DNA from: Phoronis australis | Lineage: Eukaryota > Animalia > Phoronida | DNA: 64,000 bases | Reading direction: 5' to 3' | Assembly: GCA_002633005.1 (NCBI GenBank) | Contig: NMRA01000137.1 | Location: forward strand, 248,001 to 312,000 | Shown here: positions 1 to 12,499 of the stretch, piece by piece | How the letters are laid out: each line of letters starts with the position of its first letter | Numbering within the stretch: the stretch's first letter is position 1 | The notes under the pieces: generated by a model | Told to the model about the DNA's origin: nothing | Databases searched by the model: none | Seen by the model: only the letters and a program-made list of their open reading frames with translations | Position numbers and translations under genes: made by a program

Positions 1-269
1 ACTCCATATCTTAGCCGAGTACGATAACCGGTTTACCAACCAATCCGATGTCTTGTTGACCAGGCTTAGTGCAGCCATTGTTTTTAGAGGTGTTACCGAG
101 CATTTGTTTCGATCCTTACTCATAACGTGGCTAAAGGACTATTACGGCGAAAAAATCTTTATGTGGCATGTTCACACACAGTCCAGCAAAACAATGAACA
201 GACAGTTTTTTCTAAAATGCATATTATCATTTACGCATACAACTTAAGTAATACCGTATTGTTGTTTAC

Positions 270-340
270 CTGTCTCCCGCACAGATCCCAAATATCGACA
301 GCCAGGTTTTCTTTCCCAGTTACACCATTGCCGTTTGTGC
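270..340 (-). CDS. ROCO-family (Roc GTPase) gene, internal exon carrying the G3 motif region; gene continues beyond the left edge
   Basis: Minus strand: acceptor tttattccAG, 71-nt exon, donor CAG|GTAAAC. Its phase-1 start matches the end of exon 1219-1364. Translation (G)TNGNGVTGKENLAVDIWDLCGRQ aligns with the Roc G3 segment 'xWDFAGQ'. Not in the ORF track. Confidence 0.85.
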
Positions 341-1218
341 CTGGAATAAAACTGTTGTTATCGCAGGTCCTCCAACCCTCCTTTCAAAAGCTGTGGAAAC
401 ATTCATTTTCAACCTACGGTAGATAGTACATGCCTGCATATAACTTAACAAACTTTCACGATGCAGTCTCGCCTCGCCGCTTTCCACTTAACGCGGTACC
501 GATGCCACTTTTGTTTTGAACACCTGCATTGCATGAAATGGAAGGGAGCAATAATGTCTGATTTTTATGCAGTCAAATTTCCATAAGCCATGTATAACAA
601 ATGTCCAAGATCTAAATCCTCGAACTCAACACTTAACTCAGATTCAGACTCGAAAATCAACTAATCACGCTGCAAGATTCGAGCAAAAATTTGCAAGTTT
701 ACTCAAACAGTGGCATTGGTCAATCTTCGATTCCAGTTAAGCGTTACTAGTATAGACCCTGAGCCCAGATTGCCATTCAAGTCAGGAATGAACTTAAGGA
801 TGCTGAAACTGCTTTGAAGCTGTGCATGTCTCGGTACCATAGTCATATCCATTGATGAAGAAGTACTCAATCTTAAATTTAGTCTAGTGACCAAGTAATA
901 CACTGAAATATGGTGCAGCTTGAATTTACTGACGATTCTTGCCAAAATAGAAAATTGATGGGCATCTTCTGTTGTGAGCGAGTATTTGGAAAATCATTTC
1001 AAAGTGTCAGCGACAAATCCTATCCACGACAACGTCGAGGAATTCTAAAAATTTGCAAAATGAATAATTAAATAATGCAAACTTAATCACATGGCACGAA
1101 ATAGTAACATGTTTCGTGCCCACTACGTGATGGAACTTGGCAAAACTTTCTAAATGCAAAAGTAAAACACCAACGAGTATTGAAAATTGGGTGTTTTGAA
1201 CCCTAAAGTCTATCTCAC

Positions 1219-1364
1219 CCCTTTCATCACTTTCAAACGGAAACCAAGTGTCAACAGTTACTCCCTCTGTTGGTTGTTCAACTGTCCTCACAGATTCACC
1301 GATTAGCGATTGTACCAGACTGGTCTTCCCACTTCCAAGATCTCCCATGACGAATAGCTTACAC
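1219..1364 (-). CDS. ROCO-family gene exon with P-loop (G1) and switch I (G2)
   Basis: Acceptor ttttatgcacAG and donor G|GTGAGA. Translation (R)CKLFVMGDLGSGKTSLVQSLIGESVRTVEQPTEGVTVDTWFPFESDER(G) contains GxxxxGKTS and the Roc-type 'TxGVxVxxW'. The rest of track ORF 1007..1372 is intron read-through. Confidence 0.9.
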
Positions 1365-1593
1365 CTGTGCATAAAAAGTCAACAGATTTAGATATAAGCA
1401 ACAATCTCAATTGCCCACCTAAAATACGTTTTTACAGAACAGACGTAACCGGACTAGATGCAAACAGGGATACAAAAAGGCACGACTTTCAGAAAGCAGC
1501 CTTGTTCAAGTTGTAGCGACGTGGGTAGCGAAATGGGTGACGACCAGTTAGTACAGGCGTACCTTCCGTTGACGCAATAATTCACGACATATT

Positions 1594-1880
1594 CATGCAC
1601 GCGCCCAGTTTAAAAAATGGGAGGCTCGAATTTTATTTTTGAGAATGTGGACCTTTTACTAAGATTCACAGGGTACTTTCAGAGTTATGAATTGTGCATT
1701 CGTCGAATTTTGGTAGTTCCTGCATTTTCAGTGGTCTTTTGTCTCATTTTCTACTTTTTTCGAAGCTTTTGTTTCTCTAAGACGGACCTTTTTGCCCACT
1801 TCGCCAAATGGGGGGGGGGGGGGGGCCNGGGGGGGGGGGGCCTTCAAGCCTCCCGAGCCCCTTCCCGGGGTGCGCGCATG
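1594..1880. mobile_element. MITE, CATGC(A/G)CGC..GCGCGCATG family
   Basis: Termini CATGCACGCGCCC / GGGTGCGCGCATG; flanks atatt/atata. The internal 'gtggaccttt' and 'cccacttcgccaaatgggg' blocks are shared with 50666-50891 and 51995-52250. Confidence 0.7.
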
Positions 1881-2842
1881 ATATAGCCAGAGACCGAAAA
1901 GATATTGCCAAATGAGGCACGTGACCACACTTGCCCTGGTAACCCGGATCACTGAGGATTTTGTTCATGGCGGCCGGGCAAAGTGGCTCTGACATAGAGG
2001 AGTGTGAACATCGGTGCTTATCAGAGGTGGGGGTAACCGCGGAAGTTGTAACGGTCGAGACAAAAATGATAACATTAGGCAATTGGTCGAGGGGGCGTAA
2101 CCCTCGGAGAATCTACACGGAATCGTGTATAGCTATGTCCAAAATGGCCTAACGTTATACCTAATTCTAAATTGTGCAAGGACACATTCTGGCTACAGAG
2201 CATATTGACTGCTTTCTATTGGAAATTCACTCAAACTATTTTGCTTCTCAGTGCTTGTCAAAGTAAAAATAGCTTTGCCATAAAAAATTCAGAGTAGGCC
2301 CACAAGACACCCGTGTGCAGTGAATGCAGGATTCCTCTCAAAATTGTTTTATTAGTGGCAAGCATTGACACAAGGGGATGAACGAGAGAGTAGAAACTCT
2401 ATTCTTCATATATTTTATTTTGAATCAATAATTTGCTTTGACAATATTGGAATTACATTTCCATATGTAAATATAGTGGAGTAATCGCCATTATTCAAAC
2501 ACTGGAGTGCAGATTTCTTACTATTATAGGACAGAATTACACCGACAAAGCGCGCGTTATCCTAGCTATCGTAGTCACAACACGCCTGCCTTTTCAGATT
2601 CTATTACAGAACACACAATATTTCATTAGCAACAATACCGCGGACTAGTGTTTTGCAGCCAGCGTACACTGAATCGTTGTGCACCACAGTTGCCATTCGT
2701 TTTAGGGTGGGCACTTTGTATTCATGTAGACAGCTCGTTGTACAATTGAGAGGAAGGGCAGTGATAAAATTTCTGCAGCAGATAAATTACAGACATTTCC
2801 AAACACAACTGGAACGGAAAAGAATAGTAGCAATAATACTAT

Positions 2843-3131
2843 TGATGATGATGATAATGATGGTGACGGTGATGATGATGATGGTGGTGGTGGTGGTGAT
2901 GATGATGATGATGATGATGGTGATGGTGTGATGATGATGATGATGGTGATGATGATGGTGATGATGATGATGATGGTGGTGATGGTGATGGTGATGATGT
3001 GGATGGTGGTGGTGATGATGATGATGATGATGGTGATGGTGATGATGATGATGGCGATGATGATGATAGTGATGATGATGATGATGGTGAGGGTGGGGGT
3101 GATGATGAAGGTGATGGTGATGGTGGTGATG
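2843..3131. repeat. Imperfect (ATG/GTG)n trinucleotide microsatellite, intronic
   Basis: About 290 bp of gat/ggt units. It accounts for the poly-His, poly-Met, poly-Ser and poly-Asp ORFs in the track. Confidence 0.97.
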
Positions 3132-3869
3132 TTTTAACGAAAGTAAAATGCAGCACTTACACACGTCAGGTCTTATTTACAGCATGGTACTCAAAGGTAG
3201 AGTTAGAAACGGAATAAATTATGTGACTAAAACAAGTTATGGTGGCAAAACTGATGACACAATGAAGATGCACAATTTAGGTGCTGAGTGGGAAGAACAG
3301 TTTAGGCGACGACATGTGAAAATGGCTGGCCTATTCTATCTCGAAACTTTTTGGTACTATCCGCGGCAGACAAATCAACTTTTGGTAAGGTGTGAAAGGG
3401 CGCACCGTATCGGTGAAGCATTTGTAGCCTCAAATTTAAATATATCATTCATTAATATTGGCTCATGAACTGGGCATGACTATCCAGATAACAATAGGGC
3501 TCAGTTTGCATTTTAGTGAGTGAGTTTATAACAAGCAGAATCTCCCTAGTCATCTTTCGAACCATGGCTTTTATGATTTACACAAAAACTTACTTAAGTT
3601 ATTGCCTTGTTTTTGCAGACACCATCGATGTATTTTCCTTTGAGTACTGGGCGCAAACGAGTATATATTATTCTGCAATAAAATTAACTATCAAATCGCA
3701 AAGGCCCCACTACGCCGAAGTTTGTCAACTCAAAATACGAAAATAAGAATTCTCGTGAGTCTGCACGCTACCTCTGGTACAAAATATTGAGCGTCTCCAT
3801 CTAAAACGAGGCTGTAAAGTATGAAATGACGCCACCGGAATGACTTTAATGGGAACACTTCTTGATTAC

Positions 3870-4007
3870 CTGTATTCGAGACTCTCTCCCGAGTTCTCGA
3901 GTTTGCCATTGTCTGTGCCCAGTCCCCACGCTCCACTGACACTCATCTCAGTTGGAGTGACATGCCCCTTACTGGGCGTGGTTGTCTTGGGAACAGTCGT
4001 CTTGAGT
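3870..4007 (-). CDS. ROCO-family gene, upstream exon (may contain the start ATG at 3946)
   Basis: Acceptor gactttttcAG, donor TACAG|GTAATC, 138 nt. It ends in phase 2 (AG), and the single G opening exon 1219-1364 completes the codon: ...PTEMSVSGAWGLGTDNGKLENSGESLEY-R-CKLFVMG. The frame is open throughout. Confidence 0.7.
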
Positions 4008-4335
4008 CTGAAAAAGTCAAAACTCATTGTTTGGGAAAGCTACGGGGACACTTTACAAATAGAAAACACATGCTCCATGTCCCTCTAGAGACGTTACATA
4101 AAATGTACTATTTACTTAGTCATCGTAGAGGTGATTCGTGCGTTTGGAATAGCCAGTTATGACCAATTTCCCTTTCAATATGTCTCCTTATAAGTCAACG
4201 TGGCTGAAGAAAACCCACCACAGACCGAAAGGCGATAGTAACTGACCTACACATGCACTTTCCCTCCAACCAGACGATGAAGCTCAAACAATCGTTTGGT
4301 CGAACTCTTCTCAACTGAGCGCGAATTATAACAGC

Positions 4336-5143
4336 TATGAAGCACCAAAGGGTTCTTAAACCAACACCATTCTGCGCGTAGACATATGCTTAATCTACGC
4401 GTACTTTTGCTTAATCTACGCGTACTTTTGCTTAATCTACGCGTACTTTTGCTTAATCTTCGTGTACTTTTGCTTAATCTACGCGTACTTTTAGTTCTTA
4501 AACGATCATCGTTCTGCTCTTAATCAACACATACTTTAGACATGAGTGCCACCGTCTCGACTGGCCCCAGTAGAGACGGTAAAGCTCCTATACAGTGGCG
4601 GATTTAGAGGGGGGCCAAGGGGGCCATGACCCCCCTAAAATTCTCCCAGATTCCATTAGGCAGTTCGGAGGTGCGAATGTCTGTCGGGCAAAATCCTGGC
4701 TAATATGCTGCCCTGGCCCCCTTAACTCAAAATACTAGATCCGCCCCTGCTATAGGAGCTCTAATTAAGCTTCATGGAGGTACACGTTATGAGGCCGTCG
4801 ATATCTTTAATTCCTCCTGACTCGAACAAAATCCCGAACTTTTGTTTCGAACAGTCCTTCGTTCAGTTGCCCAAATTGGCAACTGACCATCTTTAACACT
4901 GCGTGTCAAATAGGGCGTGATTGGAGTACACGAAGTGATGAAAAGAACGCAATTATTAAGTAAAATTACGCGCAGATTAAGTAAAAGTGCGCACTGAATA
5001 ACAGAAGAACGATGATCATATAAAAACTAAAAGTACACGTAGACTAAGCAAAAGTATGCATAGATAAAGCAAAAATACGCGTAGATTAAGCACATTTCTA
5101 CACGCAGAAAGACACTCGTTTAAGAAACGTTTGGCGCTTCATA
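4336..5143. mobile_element. MITE with long TIRs and subterminal 21-bp tandem repeats (IS3EU-like termini, tentative)
   Basis: Termini TATGAAGCACCAAA / TTTGGCGCTTCATA. About 5 copies of gcttaatctacgcgtactttt at 4388-4492 are mirrored in inverted form at ~4955-5090. Flanks aacagc/ataagc are only partly similar. Confidence 0.7.
4593..4749. mobile_element. CAGTGGCGGA-type MITE nested in the 4336-5143 element
   Basis: Termini CAGTGGCGGATTTAG / CTAGATCCGCCCCTG; exact 5-bp flanks ctata/ctata. Confidence 0.8.
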
Positions 5144-5169
5144 ATAAGCCTCGCATTTAATCGCATAGA

Positions 5170-5780
5170 GCAGACACCTCAAGTTAGCGTTGAAGGCCAA
5201 CCAATGCCAGTATTACATACTCAAGGGTTCTCGGCCCCGACTCTGAGAAGGTGCTTTCGAGGAAGCCACGAAGTAAAACAAGACACAAGGTCGCCTTTTT
5301 GCATATCAAGGGCCTTTCAGAACAGCTACGCTGCACATAAAACACACCAACGCCCTGAAGAGCCAGCTAGCTCGACTTATTAATCCTCCCTTCCTTGATT
5401 GTCAATGCTGAGTGATACACCCACTCACTTGCACAGCATATCTCACCAAACGAACCCTAAGTACTAGCATGCAACACACTGGACAAACCCACTACATTTC
5501 GAGAACGCCTAGACACTTTTGGCCAGCACGTGTACGGAGACCATGCAAGGATCCTGGCAAAAGAAGAATTATTGGTACTTTCACGAGATTAAAGAGACCA
5601 TCTTCCTTGAGCCGAATCTTACTCCCCGGATTTACGACGTTTTTCTCCTTATTGGTTACGCAACGGCAGGAAATATTACCAGCACACTTTCCCAGTGCTA
5701 CGTGAGGTGGCGTTGTGAAAAAAATACATATTTTGGCTTCACGTTGCTTAACAGAACGAAGTGACATTCAAACGTTCTGA
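5170..5780 (+). mobile_element. Degenerate Penelope-like retroelement fragment (RT thumb to GIY-YIG C-terminus)
   Basis: Frameshifted remnants 'VAFLHIKGLSEQLR' (compare LPYIKGLSEQLRR), 'GQHVYGDHARILAKE' and 'WYFHEIKETIFLEPNL..IY..L' (compare WFxRxIKEAIxI..PxLN). Confidence 0.6.
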
Positions 5781-6429
5781 TTAGTTGGGAAATAGCGTGA
5801 GACATTCCAAGGAGTTGATGTTTGGAAATGAATCACTATGTAGCTCTATTTGCTGACCGTGGCTTGCGGTTGCAATAATCAAAAGAATACACTAAATCGA
5901 TGCATTCCTTGCAAGTGTTTTTGAAAATGCATGCAAGATAACAATGCGCTATACAAAACAAAAAAACAATCCACTTTACTTTTCTGACTCATTCCCGTAC
6001 CCTACATATTAGACAAACGTGTACACAAAGGCATGCATGATGATGCGCACTTATGGCCATTTTCAATATAGGTGGCGCGGTGTCAAAGGCCCAAAATACT
6101 CAACCATTTGTTAACACATATTTGTAGCTGAGTATTAAATTTATCTCTCAGAGCAGTTTCTAATTTGCAGAATATCGTAACACAAAACCGGTTGTGGACG
6201 ATCTCACCAAAGAGGAGTTATCTATTCTTTCAAAGTCGCTCTAAAGCGGGTGAAGAGACAACTGATCTGCCAGCACGTGAGCGGAACTTAGCACTAATTT
6301 TCCTTTCTTGTCCACGCTCCAAACAGACTAGAAAAAATCCGTTCACTTTAGACTATAGGGCCTACCTAGCGCAATGATATATATTTACAGCCCAAGAATT
6401 GATCATCGGTGTTCAGCCGTGTTTGGTAA

Positions 6430-6560
6430 TTAAAGGGACATAGTCGATTTCATGGCCAAAAACGCATTTTGAGATCATTAAGGATGAGATATATTTTTGA
6501 AGTTGTTGAGCTTGACCAGAGCTATGAAAACCCTGCTGTGTTTTTGTAATGTTATTACAA
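6430..6560 (+). mobile_element. End of a Kolobok-like non-autonomous element (TTAA|AGGGACAT)
   Basis: ttaaagggacat...aaaaacgcattttgaga...gatgagatatatttttgaagtt...ttgaccagagcta is homologous, in inverted orientation, to 11040-11170 and 12600-12723. Confidence 0.5.
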
Positions 6561-7220
6561 ATTGCTACTAACCCTTGCTATCTTCTGCGTGCCATTCGCA
6601 GCAGTCAGGGCTGGTGGCTTTACTAGTTAAAATACGTTAAAGCTTTGCGATATCTCGAGAGATGTTTGTCCGACAGCAGAGTGTTGGACTGCTTGCGCTG
6701 AGGTTGTTGGTTCGATTCTGAGTTAGGGGCGATGTCGGAAAACCTCATTTCTCGCCGATATTGTCACTTTAGACCCAGCTTGACAAATCATATGTACTGC
6801 AAAGTGACAAGATTTTGAAGCGGATGTAACAACTGAACTTCCCTGTAGGTGACTAATTGCGTCACATTGACCCAATTATTTAATTATGTTCCACGCCTTC
6901 CCCGAGGCGTTGGGTGAAATTATATACATTACCAATTACTGACTGCTTACTACTCGAGACAAAAGGGCCTTTGATTCATTTGTTGAATATAGAGAAAAAG
7001 GGAAACATTGCTGCCTCAGTACGAAATATTTACGATTCACCGGAGGCGTCTACATGCAGGTATTATTTGCCATTCAATACACTTACTGCGCTCAGCTTTT
7101 ACGTTGATCAAGTGCAGACATCTGTTAATTGCATTGTAAAACCAGATCAATTCGCATTTGTTTTTCCCTACATTAAAAAGATACTTATAACCGAGTTTTG
7201 TTGATTTTCCTCAAAGTTAC

Positions 7221-7450
7221 CTCCGTCACCTGCTCAATTCCTCCGAAAGAAGAGAGCGGTGGGAGCACTTGATTGATTTTGCTGCGGTGGATGCACTTGA
7301 TAGGTTTTGCTAGTTCTGCCGCTGTGTCAACCGGCTAAGGCACCTGGTTGGTTTGTAAGCCGGCTTATCATCGCGACGAAACCGGGGAAGCCAATCAAGT
7401 TGAGCTGTTGCTCAGCTAAAACTCTGTGTCGACTGTGTCTCTAAATGGAT
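7221..7450 (-). promoter_or_regulatory. Candidate promoter / non-coding first exon of the ROCO gene
   Basis: CpG-richer patch with a CCAAT box (~7391) ending in a good minus-strand donor GAG|GTAACT at 7220; no long ORF. Inference only. Confidence 0.3.
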
Positions 7451-7494
7451 TCTGTGGTGATTCGAGATGCGCGGTCTCTTAACACAGTAGTCCA

Positions 7495-7732
7495 CAGAGG
7501 CGGATCTACAGGGGGGGGGGGTCAGGAGGTTCAAACCCACCCCCATCGGGACAGGATCAAAAATAAAAAGAGCAAAAAATTGCGTCAGAAAAACGAAATC
7601 AGCTACTAAAAACCACAAAAAATCTTACACGTGAGGGGAAACTCCCTCCCGACCTTCCTTCCGGTCGGCGCTACGCGCCTCGGATTTGCTCGAATCCTAA
7701 GCCCCCTTACTGAAAACCTAGATCTGCCACCG
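7495..7732. mobile_element. CAGAGGCGGA-type MITE
   Basis: Termini CAGAGGCGGATCTA / TAGATCTGCCACCG; exact flanks gtcca/gtcca. Confidence 0.8.
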
Positions 7733-8872
7733 GTCCATTAATTTGTCGAACGATGCCAAACGAGAGCAAAATGACTTTCCTCATTCACACACGGACCTTC
7801 AAACACGAGTCACTGACCATATACACACGAGTTAGGCTACCAACAACTTGAATGTGCATTGGTTAACGAGATTCACATTGCAACCACAAATTTCTACTCT
7901 GTGATGCGTACGCATCAGCTTTCTCCCCGAAAAACTGTTGCACAAGAGGTGCCGCTCTTTGACAACTTGTATTAGCATAATTATTGGAGCATTATCAAAA
8001 GTCCAAAACCGTACCTTCATGATCATATCATTTTTTTAAAATAAAATTTGACTTTCATGGTCATTATCAATTTAGACAAATCCTGAACTGATGGTCACAT
8101 TTCAGGAAACGTCCGATGTAAAGTCACTTGAATTTTCCAAACTTTAACCATTATATGAATAATTATGTATGTCTTGAATCGGCGTGCAAATGTAAATCGC
8201 ACTTTCAAGTCTGGTCTGCACGCTCCCAGTTGGCCACGTCACTGTCATTATGAACCTGGCCTTGGCAACAAGAGGAACAACCAGGAATTACGATATGAGT
8301 TCAGAGTATTGGAATAATAAGGCACGGAGACATGTTTTCCAGAGGCGCAAGGGGCACTGTGTCATACTTGCTGTTGCGTCACATTTGTTATCTTTGGGCA
8401 CTTGTGAACGATCGATTTAAGTTTTGTCACTGTCATTGAATCCTTACAAAAATGCCTAAATTACAAATTGGGTGATGTCGGGTGATGTCGGGTGACCCTG
8501 TCGATTGAGCTCTATCCCGATAGAAAAGCAAGATGAAGCGAATGGAAGGATCTGCAATAGTGTTATCACACTTCAGAAATACAAAACTGATGCTGTCCCC
8601 GCTTTCCCGGCGAAAAAGCAAAAATCGTGTACAAATCGTCCGCGCATCTGCGATGTCAGTTGACGACGAGCGACCATTTCGAATTGGTAAGTATCATTCT
8701 CCTGTAACGCTTGTGTCAGATATGACCATTTTCTCCCGGAAACTCATCGGATCGGCCTCAGGCCCTTTCACATGTGCATTAGGCGCCAAGCACAGCTTCG
8801 GCGTTTTCAAGCAAATACTAATACTACTCATTGGTACATCTAAACTGACAGTCATACAGGGAAGTTGCATAT

Positions 8873-9021
8873 CATGGGCGGCGCAGCACTGAAAAAAGTG
8901 GGGGGGGGGGGAGGGCTAAAGCCCTCAGCCCTCCTGTGGTGCACCGCCTATAGACCATGTGCGGCCTAGCACTGAAAAAAGTGGGCTATAGCCCCCAGCT
9001 CCCTATGGTGCGTCGCTCATG
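8873..9021. mobile_element. Short MITE with an internal duplication
   Basis: Termini CATGGGCGGCGCA / TGCGTCGCTCATG; 'agcactgaaaaaagtggg' occurs twice; flanks catat/tatat. Confidence 0.65.
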
Positions 9022-9111
9022 TATATGCGCCTGGATAAGAAGTAGTGACAATAAACGTTCAATATAGTGCATGAGTGAAGGCCAAGCCACGTGTAACTGC
9101 ACCAGTTACGT

Positions 9112-9277
9112 CATAGGCGGGTTCAGGGGGGGAACGTCAAGGGGTTCCGAACTCCGCCCTTTTCCCTTGATTTTAGTGATATCAAATCTACAATTTTTAG
9201 ATTGTTGAATTGGACCACGTTTCTCAAAAAATCCTCGACCCGAACTCCCCTTTTAGGAAATCCTGGATCCGTCCTTG
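9112..9277. mobile_element. CATAGGCGG-type MITE
   Basis: Termini CATAGGCGGGTTCAGG / CCTGGATCCGTCCTTG. Confidence 0.7.
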
Positions 9278-10959
9278 TACTCGGGCTTACGTCAACATTA
9301 AATAATCAATCGGAAAGTATAAAATAGACACAGTCTCACCCAGTTTAAGACAGCGAGAGGTAAACATGCCTATGTGTTCACCTTTTCACTGTATAAGTAG
9401 CGCTCACGCATGGAAAACATTTCTCTTGAAACAAAATTCATTTTTTCAAATATTGACGCATGGGCTATCGATGGTATGATACTCTTGGTAACCAAGTTGG
9501 TGGAGAGCGATTACCACTTTAAAATGACGTAATGCGTAAGAAATTAACGAGTATAGAACATCTATGAAGCCAGTTTGTTTGGATGAGAACAAAAAGAATT
9601 GATTTTTGATTGGCAAATGTCAAGTTGTACTCAACTAGACATTATTTGTACACTCAGTGTTCGCGTCCATTACGAAACAACCATGGCTTCAGCTAATATA
9701 ATCGTCTCAATATCGGAAGTGCACTTGTTTATATATTATGAACCATCCTATTCACCACTTGCCTCACCAAGATATTGACAAGACCAACAGACGTGATAAA
9801 GTAATAAATATGATGCTTTCAGATCCAGAGGCGTACTAAACGCGGGATCAGAGGGACAGGTGCCCCCAGATTCGAATAAAAATTGTGGGAATTTCGGGCA
9901 AAACCAGAGAAAATCCGGCAGTGCAACATTCGATGAAAAAACACGGGAGGGACATTGAAGAAGGTGTATCGTCAGCAAAATCAACTTTTATAAACAAGAT
10001 AGTCGCTGATTATCTCAGGAAAGAATATTATGAGACCGATTTTATGGGAGTAAAAGTTTTAATCCGATTTTTAGCGAGCTAAACAGGGTGATACTCACCT
10101 TTTCGAGGTTTTTGAAACATCGCGTCATCTACAGTCCATGCAGTCAACTAATTTGGAGCCTTTTAGTGAAGGTGGAGTGAAAAAGATCATTGTCTTCTGC
10201 AAGTTTTTGCATAGAAACGTGCAGGATATATGTTTGTAATCAGTGTTTGAACTTCAGCAAATAAATGATCTGGCCCGCCGGGACACTTATCCTGTCTTTA
10301 CTGGCCTGGCTGCCAAGTTAACTTTTAAAAGTTACTGCACCGGTCGCAAATCCCCTGTCCCTGGGACACCGTGCCAGCGTGTTTGTTTTTTATGTAAATC
10401 TATACATCTGCGAGCCCAAACCTTCGAAAAGTTGAACGAGACGTTAAGTATGTACTTCAATCAAGAACGCTAGTACAAGGTACGCTGCTGCAGTCTTGGA
10501 GTTTTAGAGTAGTTTTCCCAAATTTGCTGGAGATTTACCTAATGGTCAAGCTTTCTTTGGCATTATTCGGAAACCGAGATTTAGACAACTTTTGGTTGAG
10601 TACGTTTTGGCGGTTTTCAGTCAATATTTAAAAAAATCTATGAACAGAAGGGACTGACAAAGTTTTATGGTCGCGGTGCCAGAACGATCTGCAATAAAGT
10701 GATTCACGTTGGTGTGCGATGCTGAAATTTTGAGTTGGTGTATGTCGCGAGTGCGGACAGTTCCATAGTTTCTCACGAGCATGCCTCCCGCGTTGCAATA
10801 ACAACATATCCCAGTTTTGAAGTGACATTGTCAAAAAACGTGATATTCTGAAATCAGCTCTATTGCGAATTTCAGCGTGGTGCCTTCGCAGTCGGAGCCA
10901 AACGCTACTGACGAGCTACATATGTAAATCCTTCAGAGTATTTATTCAAGGGCATTGAA

Positions 10960-11170
10960 TTAATCTCTTTAAATAAGTCACCAACCTTGATTTCAGCTTA
11001 TGTCTGGCAAGCACTGGCTTGAATTGTTAATTTGTAATAAAATCATACAAGCAGAATGCATTGTACTGTTTTGTAGCTCCGGTCAAATCTAAGAGCTTCA
11101 AGAAATCTATCTCATCAAGCAACATTCTCAATAGCGCGTTTTTCGGCTGTAAAACGATGATGTCCCTTTC
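10960..11170 (-). mobile_element. Kolobok-like element end (same family as 6430-6560)
   Basis: Ends in ...gatgatgtccctttca and shares 'aagtcaccaaccttgat.tcagc..atgtctggca' with 12520-12560. Confidence 0.5.
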
Positions 11171-12499
11171 AGTGACGTGTCAGTCATAGAAAGTCGGCCA
11201 ACTATTTATTCATGTTGTTATTCTGACCACAGTGGGGAAAGCCTTCTCGCTACAGGTGTATTGCGAGTGTCTTGCAATACATAACGCAGCCCCAGGTTCC
11301 GATTTTTAACGGAAGACATTGACGAGTGAAAGCCAGTGAGATCAGGAGCTTCGTGTGTCATGTATGGCAATATCTCCACGTAACTAACAAAAACTAGTCT
11401 TACAGAAAGCAGCACCTGTTGACACCTGTGGTCTATTGCATAAAACAGTCTCTAAGTTCCCTAAATGCTTTGCATATTTGTTTCTTTCGTAAGTCACACA
11501 TGTAATGTTTTTATCATTTTACTTTTGACATTTTCTAACAATATAACTAAAAACTGAGCCCTTAATTAAGTCAAAACAATTAGGGACTTAGTCCTTAAAT
11601 TGGGGGCGTTGCATGAAAAGATCCCTACTTATTTTCAATAATACTAAGAATTTGACGTAGAGTTCACTCTCGATTTGTATCAAAGCCAAAAATTGGCCTA
11701 GTTATGATACTCAAACACCATAAGAAAGGACAATCAGTGTTTTCACAAGCCCACAGTACACAGTAGATTTAAAGAACTTTGTTGAGCCCCTTTTTGAGCC
11801 TGTTTCATACAACAGCCGCTTAATTTCCAGCACACCAAAGGGAAAAAAGCTGGACATCGGATCTAAAATACCGCAAAACCCAGGAACATCACCGAGGGCG
11901 TTATTAGTTTTGCATGTGAAACGTAACAGGAAATATAATTACAGTGAGGCAATGCATGGAAATATCCATCCACGTGTTAACACAACAGCGTGAGTAAGTA
12001 TATGTACATGATCATGTCAAAGAGCTACAGAACGCGGGTCGGAGCTTCAAAAATCGGGCCATTTGCGTCAAAAGCTGGGCAGTTGGCAACACTGGCGCCC
12101 CAGTGATTATATAATCGGAATAACCACGTTCAACAATGCACATTAATTGTCAAGAACAATTTACAAACGTGAAACACAACATGTTTGGCTTCATCACGTT
12201 TGTAGATTTAAGGCAATCTGGGAGAGCGCGCGTTATTAAATTCTGTTACTGTATGGTGATTCTATCACAGAATATCTCATCACATGATATTAGCAACATA
12301 CGCATTTCTTAATGAAATGAAATTGTCGATCCCAACACGCCCTTTTTGTCACTGTGAACATAAAACACGAGTACTATACCTTTGAAGAGACGTTATCAGC
12401 GAGAAAAGAGATTTTAAGAGGGCATCGAGCCTGGAGCTCATGCGGTCGCAATCCGACGCTCTTCTGACAGAGGTAAGCCCCCCGATAAATCGTAAATGA

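Noticed and set aside
1007-1218. Hydrophobic C-terminal part of track ORF 1007..1372
   Set aside because: It lies beyond the GTGAG donor at 1218, so it is intron read-through.
1900-2130. Possible LINE RT relic on the minus strand (faint PQGxxLGP and FVDD-like traces)
   Set aside because: Too many assumed indels to support by eye.
2653-3217. Poly-His, poly-Met, poly-Ser and poly-Asp ORFs
   Set aside because: All are translations of the (ATG/GTG)n microsatellite in a ROCO intron.
4388-4492. 21-bp repeat array as a CRISPR array
   Set aside because: The units are head-to-tail with no spacers, mirrored at the other MITE end, in a eukaryotic context with no cas genes.
9339-9425. Candidate upstream coding exon of the ROCO gene
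   Set aside because: Its ATG frame ends in phase 1 at the GTGAG donor, but exon 3870-4007 needs phase 2. It could at most be UTR.
6430-11170. One 4.7-kb Kolobok bounded by the inverted ends at 6430 and 11170
   Set aside because: The ends are highly diverged, a third end lies at 12723, and there is no transposase relic between them; separate fragments are more parsimonious.
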